Shown piece after piece: positions 1-10,009 of a stretch of DNA of 46,376 nucleotides; position 1 is the first letter of the stretch, and every line of letters starts with the position of its first letter. Location of the stretch: assembly GCA_964236955.1 (NCBI GenBank), contig CAXSGP010000032.1, positions 1-46,376 on the forward strand. The letters run 5' to 3'. Origin of the DNA: an uncultured Oligoflexus sp. (GTDB lineage Bacteria > Bdellovibrionota_B > Oligoflexia > Oligoflexales > Oligoflexaceae). The position numbers and the translations under genes are program-made. The notes under the pieces were generated by a model, which worked only from the letters and a program-made list of their open reading frames with translations, did no database searches and had not been told where the DNA came from.

Positions 1-82
1 TAAGCTGTTGATAGGTAAGATGATTTAAAAGAATGTCTACCGGCCTTGATGCAGGCCAGGAATTATAGAGGGGAAAGCACCT

Positions 83-712
83 TTGGACACTGTTCCGGCC
101 GAGCGACTTTCGACTGAATTTCGACGCATCGATTCCCTCTGCGATCGGGACATACCGGTATCGGTGGGTGGGGTACTGGAGCAGCTCGAGCACCGTGGTC
201 ACGCGATTTTGACTTTGTTTTTAGCCGGTCCTTTTCTTGTGCCTTTGCCCTTGCCAGGACTTTCTGTACCATTTGGCGTGTTTATTGCGTTCTTTGCCGT
301 CTCAATGGCTTTTGGCAAAAAGCCGTTTCTGCCAAAATCGTGGTTGCTGCGCGAGATTCCCAAACCCACACTTCGAAAATTCTGTGGCCTGGCCGCACGA
401 TTCTTTAAAAAATTTGAGGCTTTGTTTAAGCCCCGCATGGTCTGGCTCATTGATAGTCAGGCCGCACAATTCATCATCGCCTCGATGATTGCGATCTGTG
501 GCATCCTTTTAGCTTTGCCGCTTCCTCCAGGAACGAATTCCCCTCCTGCAGCCGTGATCATTTCGCTATCGCTAGGATTTTTAGAACGGGATGGCTTGCT
601 CGTTATCATTGGGTATCTGCTATTTGTCCTAAATGTTGCGCTGTTCTCGCTTCTGGGCATTATTGGCTATGAAGGCGTAATCCATCTCTGGCAAAAGTTG
701 TCTGGGGCATGA
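83..712 (+). CDS. exoD: Exopolysaccharide biosynthesis protein ExoD family (membrane)
   Basis: 209-aa hydrophobic ORF with family-like motifs PxPLPGLS, KPFLP, LLALPLP and LERDG; TTG start after GAGAGG. Confidence 0.8.
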   Translation: MDTVPAERLSTEFRRIDSLCDRDIPVSVGGVLEQLEHRGHAILTLFLAGPFLVPLPLPGLSVPFGVFIAFFAVSMAFGKKPFLPKSWLLREIPKPTLRKFCGLAARFFKKFEALFKPRMVWLIDSQAAQFIIASMIAICGILLALPLPPGTNSPPAAVIISLSLGFLERDGLLVIIGYLLFVLNVALFSLLGIIGYEGVIHLWQKLSGA

Positions 713-814
713 CGCTATAATAAAAGATGCGATGGGAAGGGCAGAGCGGTGAGGGAGAGACTCAAGCGGAAAATATGAGCCGGAGCAGAATGGGCGAGGA
801 TACACCCGCTCGGG

Positions 815-1132
815 TCAGCCTCCCGCCGGGACCAGTTTCCACGACTTCTCGGCGAAATAGGCCGTAAGCCCGTCGCGAATGTCGCCTTGAAATTCTACGT
901 GGCCATCTTTAAAACTAGCGCCACAGGCTTTTTTCGCCTGAATTTCTTTCATCAGGGCCCGGATCTCGGCTTCGCTGAACGGCAGGTTCCATAGCACCGT
1001 CACCGCGCGCCCCCCGCGACCTTTGGTCTCAAGGCGCATCTTGCTGGGACCAGCAGCCACGGCTTGACTCTTGGTTTTTTCAGGTTTCTTCTGGGATCCG
1101 GATTCAGTTGAAAAAACTAAACGTCCGCTCAC
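815..1132 (-). CDS. yciH: Translation initiation factor SUI1/YciH family
   Basis: RLVFST N-terminus, ETKGRGGRAVT, CGASFKDGHVEFQGD.R; GTG start overlaps the upstream TGA (GTGA). Confidence 0.88.
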   Translation of the reverse strand: MSGRLVFSTESGSQKKPEKTKSQAVAAGPSKMRLETKGRGGRAVTVLWNLPFSEAEIRALMKEIQAKKACGASFKDGHVEFQGDIRDGLTAYFAEKSWKLVPAGG

Positions 1133-1641
1133 TTTCTACCTCGTGTAAAACCTCGACCCGTAGCAGTCCGCTCGCTGCTGCCACTGCTCGATCCAGTGGC
1201 TGGCTCTTTTTTAACGCGAGCCAGGCGACCCCAGCGTTTGCCTGAGTCCTCGCGCTTGGGGGCGGATTTTTTATAGACCTTATTGAAGGATTTCTTGAAG
1301 ATTGGTTTTTCTTCCACTTTGACTTCTGGCATCGGCAGGCCGGGAACCGCAATTTTGGGTTCTTTGGAACGACGGTAGAATATCGCCGTGTGGCCTATCA
1401 CCTGAACTTTGGTGGCCTTGACACTTTGTGACAGATTGGCGACGAGTTCCTGAAGCGCTTCCTGATCTTCGCAACGTACTTTGACTTTGATCAGTTCGAA
1501 GGTCTTAAGCGTAAATTCAAGTTCTTTGACAACACCTTCCGTAACGCCGGCAGTGCCGACTGTAACAACCGGATCAAGCTTATGCGCGAGACCACGAAGA
1601 TAACTAATTTGTTTGGAACTTAGAGCTTGAGCTTTAGCCAT
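1129..1641 (-). CDS. yhbY: CRM-domain RNA-binding protein YhbY with basic C-terminal extension
   Basis: LSSKQISYLRGLAHKLDPVV, ELIKVK, QVIGHTAIFYR; start moved to ATG at 1641, which has an upstream GAGG. Confidence 0.9.
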   Translation of the reverse strand: MAKAQALSSKQISYLRGLAHKLDPVVTVGTAGVTEGVVKELEFTLKTFELIKVKVRCEDQEALQELVANLSQSVKATKVQVIGHTAIFYRRSKEPKIAVPGLPMPEVKVEEKPIFKKSFNKVYKKSAPKREDSGKRWGRLARVKKEPATGSSSGSSERTATGRGFTRGRK

Positions 1642-1725
1642 GACAACCTCGAATTTATAAAAGCAGTCATGCCTATACCCTGCGCAGACAAAACGCAAGA
1701 AGAATTTGACATGGTAAGCGGCGGT

Positions 1726-3450
1726 TTAGGGCAAAGTCTCATTCCATTCATTAAGAAATCGCACGGCTCCCTGTTTTACTGCGTCCATTCGATCGCCTTG
1801 GACCCGTTCCATGATGTCGACTAAAAAGTGTGCGCCAACGATGCGGGGAACAAAGACATAGTCAGCTCCTTGAGCGTACATCTCTCTGGCTTTTTCCAGG
1901 GTGTCCGCCGTGACGATGATACGGGCTTTCGGAGCCAGGAGGCGAAGCGAGTGCAGGAGTTTCAGGTTGGTTGTCCCTTTGAGTTGATTGTCGGGGATAG
2001 TCGATAGGATCACAGCGGCTTCGTTAAAATGTTGGTTTCTGAGCGATTCGGGATGACCTATGTCGCCATAGATGCAAGGGACTCCGCGTTCGGTGAGTGA
2101 CTCTAAAGTCTCAGGATTGAAATCAATGACGAGAAGCTGGTCGATCATGCTTTTAGAATGGCGACGGATAAATTCTTCAAGAAAGGAACTTGCCTCTCTA
2201 TAAAATCCAAAGAGGACGATGGATTTGTTCGAGGCGTTGGTTTTGGATTCTGCCGACATCACATGATCACGGATACCAATTTTTTCCAGGATGGGCTTGA
2301 GAAAGCGGTATATGGAATATCCAGAGGGTATCATGAAGGAGGAAAGGAGAAGGGTGACGACAAGCGCTAAAGTACAGGCCGCGAGCAGGCTCTCGGGAAT
2401 GTGTTTATAATCTACGCCCAAGGCAACGACGACCAGCGAGAATTCAGACATCTGGGCGAGATTGATCGCTGGGATCAGACTGCCGCGATAACCATAGTGC
2501 ATGATCTGTAGGGTGGGAAAAACGGTGAGGAAACGGCTGATGATCACAAAGACCACGAGGAGTCCGGCGAGACCAAGAGTCGCCCAACTGGGCAAAGGCA
2601 CCTGCATGCCGAGCGCCACGAAAAAGAGCGTTATAAAAAAGTCTCTGAGGCTTGTGATCTTTGAGGCGATGTCGAGATGATAAGGAAACGAAGCGATGCT
2701 TATCCCGGCGACCAAGGCTCCCATTTCCATCGACAGCGACAGAGAGTTGGCGAGGCCGCAGATTCCAAAGCACCAGCCCATCGCCGTTACGAGGACGAGA
2801 TCGGGTTGTTTGGCAATGATACGAAAGACTGCGGGCAAAGTATATTTGGCAAGCAGCGAGGAGCTTAGGATCAGGACCCCGGCTTTCCCCAGACTGTAGG
2901 AGACGGAACTCAATTCGAGCTTTTGCAGATTGGGTTGTATCGCCAGGAATACGATAGCCCAGAGGTCTTGAAACACGAGAATACCAAGGGTGATGCGCGA
3001 AGTCAGGGAGTCGAGTTCCATCCGGTCCGAAAGCATCTTGACAACGACCAGAGTCGACGACAGCGAGGTGGCAATGGCGAGATAGGTAAGGGAATAATCG
3101 TTAGGCCTATTCGTGTATCCCAAAGCCGCAAAAAATAAGGCCGCGAGTGCAGCACAGCCGACAAACTGCACGACGCCATTGACCAGCACGGCCCGACCTG
3201 CCCTCAGAAGCTTTCGGATATCGATTTCAAGGCCCAGAATGAACATGAGAAGAATCAGCCCGATTTCGGATAGCGTGCGGATGTTCGCGGGACTCCGGAT
3301 AATACCAAAGCCCAGCGCGGGGCCGAGGATGACTCCTGCCAGTAGAAAGGCTATGACCAAGGGGAGGCGGAAGATATAAGCAGGAATGCCTAACACCGTC
3401 GCGCCTATGATGGCGTAAGCTACGTCTTGAAGTAGGTTGTGGCCTTCCAC
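1726..3450 (-). CDS. CPA2/Kef-type cation:proton antiporter with C-terminal TrkA-N (RCK) domain
   Basis: Polytopic N-terminal domain with LSSTLVVVK, ILVFQD, LRDFF and QMSEFS motifs; C-terminal IDFNP and IYGD Rossmann features. Confidence 0.9.
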   Translation of the reverse strand: MEGHNLLQDVAYAIIGATVLGIPAYIFRLPLVIAFLLAGVILGPALGFGIIRSPANIRTLSEIGLILLMFILGLEIDIRKLLRAGRAVLVNGVVQFVGCAALAALFFAALGYTNRPNDYSLTYLAIATSLSSTLVVVKMLSDRMELDSLTSRITLGILVFQDLWAIVFLAIQPNLQKLELSSVSYSLGKAGVLILSSSLLAKYTLPAVFRIIAKQPDLVLVTAMGWCFGICGLANSLSLSMEMGALVAGISIASFPYHLDIASKITSLRDFFITLFFVALGMQVPLPSWATLGLAGLLVVFVIISRFLTVFPTLQIMHYGYRGSLIPAINLAQMSEFSLVVVALGVDYKHIPESLLAACTLALVVTLLLSSFMIPSGYSIYRFLKPILEKIGIRDHVMSAESKTNASNKSIVLFGFYREASSFLEEFIRRHSKSMIDQLLVIDFNPETLESLTERGVPCIYGDIGHPESLRNQHFNEAAVILSTIPDNQLKGTTNLKLLHSLRLLAPKARIIVTADTLEKAREMYAQGADYVFVPRIVGAHFLVDIMERVQGDRMDAVKQGAVRFLNEWNETLP

Positions 3451-3744
3451 AGTTCCTCTGTTTCATTAAAATTTAATTGCGGCTTGAGCATATAAGTATC
3501 GACGCGGCACCAAAAAACTTTAGACAAGCGCCCGTGGCCCAAGGGCCGACGGACTTTGGGAAAAGCTCTAAAAGCCGCGATTTGGCCTTGGATTACGCCC
3601 GGCAGTTGAAAACATTTCGAGTGGGTGGAGACTATCGCAAGCTGTTGCAAATCCATTGCAAAAGTTTATGATGAGGGCCGTTGAGAGCCAGACGCCGCGA
3701 CTGCGCCTTCGCAGGGGATGGGTCCGCCGAGATCTTGAAGAGGA

Positions 3745-5118
3745 GTGAAAACTTTGAGTAAGCAGGAAAGAATACAGCCGCGTAAGTTAAAAGGGTTTCG
3801 CGACCTTTTGCCGCATCAGGCCCGGCTTAAGAAAAACATTAGCGATGTGATAGGAAAGAATGCCGCACTGGCTGGCTTTGAAAGCATAGATACCCCTGCT
3901 CTTGAATATGCGGAAACCCTATTGGGTACGGGTGAAGAAACCGACAAGGAAGTCTATCGCTTCACCGATCATGGCGATCGCAGTGTCGCTCTTCGCTTTG
4001 ACCTCACCGTGCCGTTTGCCCGTTATGTCACCGAAAATTATGCGGACCTGATATTCCCCTTTAAAAAGGTGCAGATCGCCAACGCGTGGCGCGGGGAAAA
4101 ACCTCAAAAAGGCCGCTACCGCGAATTCTGCCAGGCCGATCTTGATATCATCGGCGTCGATTCGCTCTCGGCCGATGTCGAGGTGATCAGTTGTATCCTT
4201 ATTAATCTCAATGAGCTCCTGCCCCAGGCTTTCACAATGAGTTTAGGACATCGGATCATTTTATCAGCGCTTATCCGGGCCACTCTCCCCACTCTTGATG
4301 CGGCCCTGGATTTTAGGGTTCTGATCGCTATCGATAAACTCGCGAAAATAGGTCGGCCCGCGGTACGGGATCTTATCGCCGCCATGCCATCCGTCGAAGC
4401 CGGTCAAGCGGAACAGCTTTTGACCCGACTCGAACAAAAAAATTCCGAGGGTGATACGGATCTGGAAGCCCTGGTGCCGCTTCTTGCGGCCTGTCCCGAA
4501 GCACTGACGGAGATCGCGCGCCTTAAGGAATCGGCACTGATCATCCGCCGTCTTTTGGGGGCAGCGAAAGGCCATGCAAAACTTAGGATCGATCTCAGCG
4601 TCGCCCGTGGTTTGGCCTATTATACCGGCATCGTTTTTGAAACGACTATCGATGGCCTCGATGGTTTTGGTTCGATCTCCTCGGGCGGACGCTATAATGG
4701 TCTGGTCTCCCGGTTTTCCCATACCGAGTTAGCAGGCATTGGGGGATCGATAGGAGTCGATCGTTTGCTGGCGGCGATGGAGCAGCTTAACCCAGTCGAA
4801 GCGAGCCCAAGGCGAGGCGTGTTCATCGCCCTGGCAGGGGGTGAAGGGCGGCTCTATGGATTTGAACTTTTGCAAAAACTGCGGGATCTGGCCATCATAT
4901 CCGATATCGCTCTCAAGGAGGGTAAGCTTGCCAATCAATTTAAGTTGGCTGATAAACGTAATTTTGCTTGGGTCCTGACCATTGGCAGCGAGGAACTGGC
5001 GTCGCAAACCGTCAGCATTAAAAACCTTGCGACTGGGGAAGAACATCGAGGAATTGCGAAGGAGCAAGGATTTGCTCTGCTGCAGGCCGAAAAACAGGGC
5101 AATTTGGCCAATCAATGA
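3745..5118 (+). CDS. hisS: Histidine--tRNA ligase
   Basis: KGFRD, LRFDLTVPFARY, WRGEKPQKGRYREFCQ, RGLAYYTG, GGRY, GSIGVDR motifs. Confidence 0.97.
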   Translation: MKTLSKQERIQPRKLKGFRDLLPHQARLKKNISDVIGKNAALAGFESIDTPALEYAETLLGTGEETDKEVYRFTDHGDRSVALRFDLTVPFARYVTENYADLIFPFKKVQIANAWRGEKPQKGRYREFCQADLDIIGVDSLSADVEVISCILINLNELLPQAFTMSLGHRIILSALIRATLPTLDAALDFRVLIAIDKLAKIGRPAVRDLIAAMPSVEAGQAEQLLTRLEQKNSEGDTDLEALVPLLAACPEALTEIARLKESALIIRRLLGAAKGHAKLRIDLSVARGLAYYTGIVFETTIDGLDGFGSISSGGRYNGLVSRFSHTELAGIGGSIGVDRLLAAMEQLNPVEASPRRGVFIALAGGEGRLYGFELLQKLRDLAIISDIALKEGKLANQFKLADKRNFAWVLTIGSEELASQTVSIKNLATGEEHRGIAKEQGFALLQAEKQGNLANQ

Positions 5119-5275
5119 GGCCCAGGCTTTTGGCGAATGGGGCCCTTTGAGCGGCCTGCCTTCAAAGCGGAGCAGCTCAAGGCACTTGTTTAAGATCATT
5201 GATCTTTCCGAGCGGCGCCAGATGCGATAAGATGATTCAATAATTTTTTTGGTCGAGAGTCAGACGAGGAAGACT

Positions 5276-5932
5276 ATGAAAGTGCAATTTCCCTTTTTAC
5301 GCACCCCCCGAGGCAAGCAGATTGCCCTTTCTCTATTTCTGATCTTCGTATCCACTCTGGTGATCGATCAGGTTACCAAGCGACATGCGCACCGGACGCT
5401 TTTGACGGAGGAGAGCGCAACAAATCTTGATCTTTACCGATCGACCTCCTATGACGTTGGAACCTTGGGCAAAGAAAGTTTGGACCCGGATCATCCCACG
5501 GCCTTTGGACGACTCAAATTTCATTATCAAAGGAACCGCGGCGCGGCCTTCAGTATGTTGGCCAAACTCGACGACTCGATTCGTATTCCTTTCTTCTACG
5601 GTGTGACGGTCTTTTCAGTGCTCTACATTCTTTTTTATCTGAAGACCCTGCCTATCAATTACCATCTCACACGGTTCGGATTGGTGATGATCATGGCGGG
5701 AGCGATCGGCAATTTTATCGATCGCATCATTCAAGGTTATGTCATCGATTTTGTCGATGTCAGTTGGAATATTCTGGGCTGGCGGCATGATTTTGCTGTC
5801 TTCAACGTCGCCGATATTTCCATTAACATCGGGATAATCGCCTTCATTCTCGAGATGCTGCTCAGGCGAAAACCCGTATACGCGAGCTTTCAGGAAGGCG
5901 TAAAACCTTCAGGTACGGCGGCGGCTGTCTAG
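5276..5932 (+). CDS. lspA: Lipoprotein signal peptidase II
   Basis: DQVTK, NRGAAFS, GNFIDR, VIDF, FNVAD motifs; ATG at 5276 preceded by GAGGA. Confidence 0.95.
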   Translation: MKVQFPFLRTPRGKQIALSLFLIFVSTLVIDQVTKRHAHRTLLTEESATNLDLYRSTSYDVGTLGKESLDPDHPTAFGRLKFHYQRNRGAAFSMLAKLDDSIRIPFFYGVTVFSVLYILFYLKTLPINYHLTRFGLVMIMAGAIGNFIDRIIQGYVIDFVDVSWNILGWRHDFAVFNVADISINIGIIAFILEMLLRRKPVYASFQEGVKPSGTAAAV

Positions 5933-5947
5933 TCCGTTTCCCACTCT

Positions 5948-5989
5948 AAACCCTTGCGCCCCATCAGGCTGCTGGGGAAGGGTTTTTTT
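5948..5989. terminator. Intrinsic terminator between convergent lspA and aminotransferase genes
   Basis: AAACCCTT..CCCCA / TGGGG AAGGGTTT hairpin followed by a T-run. Confidence 0.6.
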
Positions 5990-6003
5990 GGGGAAAAAAA
6001 GCA

Positions 6004-7188
6004 CTATTTTTTATAGCGGGCTAAAGCCGGCTGCAAATTCGTTTTGAATTTTTCGGCCGCTGCGGCGATGGTGTCGAGGTCTTTGCAAAAGCCAAAGCGA
6101 ACGTAGCGGCCCGTTTTTGCAGTCAACTCTGGATTGTCATAAAATGCCGAGACGGGAATGCAGGCCACACCGACTTCCTTGGTCAGCCAGTTTGCAAATT
6201 CATTATCCGGAATATCCAGGAGATTGCTGAAATCGGCGACGATGAAATAGGTGCCTTCCGGCAGTTTGCATTGAAAGCCCATCTCTTTGAGAATCTTATA
6301 GAGCGCGACCCGCCGCTCGGCATATTCATCGCGCAGGATGTGATAGTATTCATAGCTCATTTGCAGGGCAGCGATCATTCCGTATTGTAGCGGGGTCGAG
6401 GAACAGAAGACAGTGTACTGATGGGGAATACGAATCTGCTTGGTGATAGCGGCCGTCGCCAAGGCATAACCCACTTTCCAGCCCGTCATACTGAAGGTCT
6501 TGGAGGTAGAGGATACAAGAATCGTCCGCTCCTTCATGCCCGGAATAGTAATAAGGGGACAATGGCGAGCCGGTGAATAGACGAGTTCCTCATAAACTTC
6601 ATCGGTCATCACATAGAAGTTATGTTCTTTGGCGAGTTGCGCGATCTGCACCAGCTCGTCGCGTTTGAAAACTTTACCGGTAGGATTGTTTGGGGTGTTG
6701 AGTAGAAGCAACCTGGTCTTTGGGCTGATTTTAGATTTCAGCTCGGCAAGTTCGAAGGTCCAGTTCGGAGCCTTCAATGCCACCGTCTTCATCACCGCGC
6801 CGGAAACCATAACGGCTGCCGGATAGGAATCGTAAAAAGGTTCGAAGGTAATGACTTCATCGCCGGGCTGACACAGGGCAACGATGGTGCAAAAAATCGC
6901 CTCGGTGGCACCCGAGAATACCGTCACTTCGTCTTGGGGATTGAAATCAAGGGTATAATTATCTTTGGCGCGATTGGCGATGGCTTTGCGCAAGTCTAAA
7001 AGTCCTGGGCTTGGCGCATATTGATTTTTATCGCTATTTATAGCTTGAATGGCTGCGTCTTTTATCTGTTGAGGCCCATCAAAATCAGGAAACCCTTGTG
7101 CGAGGTTCACCGCTTGGTACGTTTGAGCAAGCTGCGACATTTTCGAGAAGATGGACGTTTCAAATTTATGCCAACGCGACTGTTGCAT
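6004..7188 (-). CDS. PLP-dependent class I/II aminotransferase, YbdL/kynurenine aminotransferase-like
   Basis: NLAQGFPDF, NQYAP, NTPNNPTG, DEVY, SKTFSMTGWKVG (PLP Lys), RFGFCK. Confidence 0.92.
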   Translation of the reverse strand: MQQSRWHKFETSIFSKMSQLAQTYQAVNLAQGFPDFDGPQQIKDAAIQAINSDKNQYAPSPGLLDLRKAIANRAKDNYTLDFNPQDEVTVFSGATEAIFCTIVALCQPGDEVITFEPFYDSYPAAVMVSGAVMKTVALKAPNWTFELAELKSKISPKTRLLLLNTPNNPTGKVFKRDELVQIAQLAKEHNFYVMTDEVYEELVYSPARHCPLITIPGMKERTILVSSTSKTFSMTGWKVGYALATAAITKQIRIPHQYTVFCSSTPLQYGMIAALQMSYEYYHILRDEYAERRVALYKILKEMGFQCKLPEGTYFIVADFSNLLDIPDNEFANWLTKEVGVACIPVSAFYDNPELTAKTGRYVRFGFCKDLDTIAAAAEKFKTNLQPALARYKK

Positions 7189-7501
7189 GGCTTATTCCTC
7201 GCTTTGGATGGTCAGCCTTAACTCTATTTAATATACCTCGTAGAGGACCATGGAGGATAGATTATAGCTAGAACGAAATGGACTAAATGCAAGCGGGCAG
7301 CAGTCGTACCGCGAAACCGGGCCGCCTGGACCTCGTGGGCCACCTTCCTGACCCTTAGCGGGCCAAGGGCTAGCGGCCTGGGCGTGCAAGTGTCCCTGGT
7401 ATTCGCTCTTTGGCCCCAGTCCCCAGTCTTTCTTCGCTGCGGGGAAATATGCTAAGATCGCTGACTATTAAGGATTTAGAGCCATTTTTTAAGGAAGCGC
7501 G

Positions 7502-8170
7502 ATGCACACTCCCATCGAATTACTTCGTCAATTCATCGATGTCATTCTCCATCTCGATCTCCATATCAACGGGTGGATCACGATGTTTGGCCCTGGGGTA
7601 TATGGTCTCCTCTTTCTCGTGATCTTTGCCGAGACGGGAGTGGTCATCCTGCCTTTTCTCCCAGGCGACTCCCTGCTCTTTGCCCTAGGGGCCCTGACTG
7701 CTGTCGATGCCGCCTACCTGGATATCACCCTCCTGCTGGTCACCTTGAACCTTGCCGCGATCATTGGCGATGCCGTGAATTATTCAATAGGCCGCTCCCT
7801 GGGCCCGAAAGTCTTTCGGGAAGGAAGCCGCTATTTAAAGCGGGACCAGCTGGAGAAGGCCCGTGCCTTCTACGAAAAACATGGCGGCAAAGCCATCATC
7901 ATTGCCCGATTTGCCCCCATACTCAGAACCTTTGCCCCCTTCGTCGCCGGCATAGGCCAGATGAATTATCGTCAATTCGCGAGCTACAATGTTGTAGGAG
8001 GCGTCTTGTGGGTCACGAGTTTTCTACTGGCCGGACGGTTTTTCGGAAACCTTCCCCAGGTTAAGAGCAATTTTCATATTGTCATCATCGCGATCGTCGT
8101 TTTATCGCTATTGCCGGTCTGCATCGAGTCCATCAAAGGCGCCAGGGCGAAAAAAGTTCAGGGCAACTGA
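7502..8170 (+). CDS. dedA: DedA family membrane protein
   Basis: IFAETG, PFLPGDSLLF, HGGKAIIIARFAPILRTFAPFVAG. Confidence 0.95.
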   Translation: MHTPIELLRQFIDVILHLDLHINGWITMFGPGVYGLLFLVIFAETGVVILPFLPGDSLLFALGALTAVDAAYLDITLLLVTLNLAAIIGDAVNYSIGRSLGPKVFREGSRYLKRDQLEKARAFYEKHGGKAIIIARFAPILRTFAPFVAGIGQMNYRQFASYNVVGGVLWVTSFLLAGRFFGNLPQVKSNFHIVIIAIVVLSLLPVCIESIKGARAKKVQGN

Positions 8171-8359
8171 GAGGGTCGTGAAAACCTTGCCAGCCCTTTC
8201 CTACATTTTTGAAGGTATACACTTAGAAAGCTACCGGATGGTGGTGGTCTAATTCGCGACCCTATCGTATTTAACCTTCAGTTCTGACTAGGAGTTCCCT
8301 ATATGAAAAGTCAGTGGCCATTCTCGAGCCATCGAACCAACCTGAGGAGGGACGCGCCC

Positions 8360-9748
8360 ATGAAGAGTAAGTTGATGCCGATGTTAATCCTGATGATCGT
8401 TTCGATCGCAGCAGCCTTCACGCCGATGAGTACTGCGGTAAAACCTGGTGGGCCTATCAATTCCGGTGATGTGGCCTGGCTTCTCTGTTCGACGGCTCTT
8501 GTTCTTTTTATGACACCCGGCCTAGCCTTCTTTTACGGAGGTATGGTTAAGCCTAAAAACGTAATTTCAACCATGCTGCAAAGCTTTGTATGTATGGGGG
8601 TCATCAGTATCCTTTGGGTTGTCGTTGGCTTCAGTCTGGCGTTTGGCGACTCCATTGGCGGCTTTATCGGCGATCCCCGTACCTTTTTCATGTTCAAAGG
8701 CGTAACAGGATCCACCCATTTGGATCTTGCGCCGACTATACCTTTTTTACTCTTTGCCCTTTTCCAATTGAAATTTGCCGTCATCACTCCGGCATTGATC
8801 ACGGGCGCCTTTGCCGAGCGCGTGAAGTTCACGAGCTATATGCTTTTCATAAGTCTTTTCATGCTCTTCATCTATGCTCCCCTCGCCCACTGGACCTGGC
8901 ATCCACAGGGCTTTTTGAAAGTGATGGGCGTTCTTGATTTTGCCGGCGGAACTGTCGTTCATATGTCGGCGGGATTCGCGGCCCTGGCCGGGGCTTTGGT
9001 CCTTGGCAAACGTAAGGTCGCATTGGGGGAAATTCACAGCCCAGCTAACATTCCCTATATTATCCTAGGCACGGGTATGCTTTGGTTCGGATGGTTTGGA
9101 TTCAATGCAGGATCGGCTGGTGCCGCCAATGAGCAGGCAGCACTGGCCCTTGCTACGACCAACACAGCTTCGGCAGGGGGTGCTTTGTCCTGGATGTTCT
9201 TTGATATGGTAAGGGGTCGCAAGCCTTCGGCAATGGGCGCCTGTATAGGTGCGGTCGTTGGTTTGGTTGCGATTACGCCTGCGGCTGGCTATGTATCGGT
9301 GGGCGCCAGCATGTTTATCGGCGCTTTCTCAGCGGTCGTTTCCCAAGCTATGGTATATCTGAAATCTAAGTCAGGAATCGACGATACACTCGATGTCTTT
9401 GCCTGTCACGGTATCGGTGGTGTGATGGGAATGTTTCTGACCGGCGTGTTTGCTAAAGATGTCGGCCTCGTCTTTGGCCCGACCAAGACCTTCCTCACCC
9501 ATATTGCGGCGCTTGGATTTGTCGCCTGCTTTTCCTTTATCGGTTCCTACCTACTCTTTAAACTTACCGATTTCCTGATCCCCCTTCGTGTCTCTCAAAA
9601 GGATGAAGAGATGGGTCTCGATATGAGTCAGCATGGAGAAAGCCTAATGGATGAAGCTTTTGTCAGCTTTGAATCCACTGGGCATAAGAATCCCAAAGTG
9701 CATATTCCTGTTGGCGGCATCACAGCCAAAGGCGGAGTCTCCGCGTAG
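8360..9748 (+). CDS. amtB: Ammonium transporter (Amt family)
   Basis: MTPGLAFFYGG, AFAER, DFAGGTVVH, WFGWFGFNAGS, DDTLDVFACHG; alternative in-frame start at 8303. Confidence 0.95.
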   Translation: MKSKLMPMLILMIVSIAAAFTPMSTAVKPGGPINSGDVAWLLCSTALVLFMTPGLAFFYGGMVKPKNVISTMLQSFVCMGVISILWVVVGFSLAFGDSIGGFIGDPRTFFMFKGVTGSTHLDLAPTIPFLLFALFQLKFAVITPALITGAFAERVKFTSYMLFISLFMLFIYAPLAHWTWHPQGFLKVMGVLDFAGGTVVHMSAGFAALAGALVLGKRKVALGEIHSPANIPYIILGTGMLWFGWFGFNAGSAGAANEQAALALATTNTASAGGALSWMFFDMVRGRKPSAMGACIGAVVGLVAITPAAGYVSVGASMFIGAFSAVVSQAMVYLKSKSGIDDTLDVFACHGIGGVMGMFLTGVFAKDVGLVFGPTKTFLTHIAALGFVACFSFIGSYLLFKLTDFLIPLRVSQKDEEMGLDMSQHGESLMDEAFVSFESTGHKNPKVHIPVGGITAKGGVSA

Positions 9749-10009
9749 TCAGTCCTAATAGCCAGCTTCTCTTGTTATCGAGTGGGGCTGGTTCCTCTCT
9801 TTCTCTGCTCATCGCGCTTTCATCGCTTTTCGCCCTCCGCGCTCATTTCGATAAAGTTCCCTGGTCTTTGTCATAATGACAATCCGATTCGACACTTCGT
9901 GACCCTATGAAATGAATTGGCGGTCAAAAATGCTTGATTCTATTTTTGATGCAGCATAAGTCTCAAATAGGCGTTTGTGCCGTTTGTTTGGATGCAGAGG
10001 AACTTTTCA

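Noticed and set aside
3451..3744. Possible T-box or attenuator before hisS
   Set aside because: No T-box consensus, His-rich leader peptide or terminator is visible.
8185..8197. CCTTGCCAGCCCT repeated at 19403-19415, both just after stop codons
   Set aside because: Only two copies; several exact 13-mer repeats are expected by chance in 46 kb.
9940..9960. TTGAT-containing possible FNR box before azurin
   Set aside because: The second half-site does not match ATCAA at the required 4-bp spacing.
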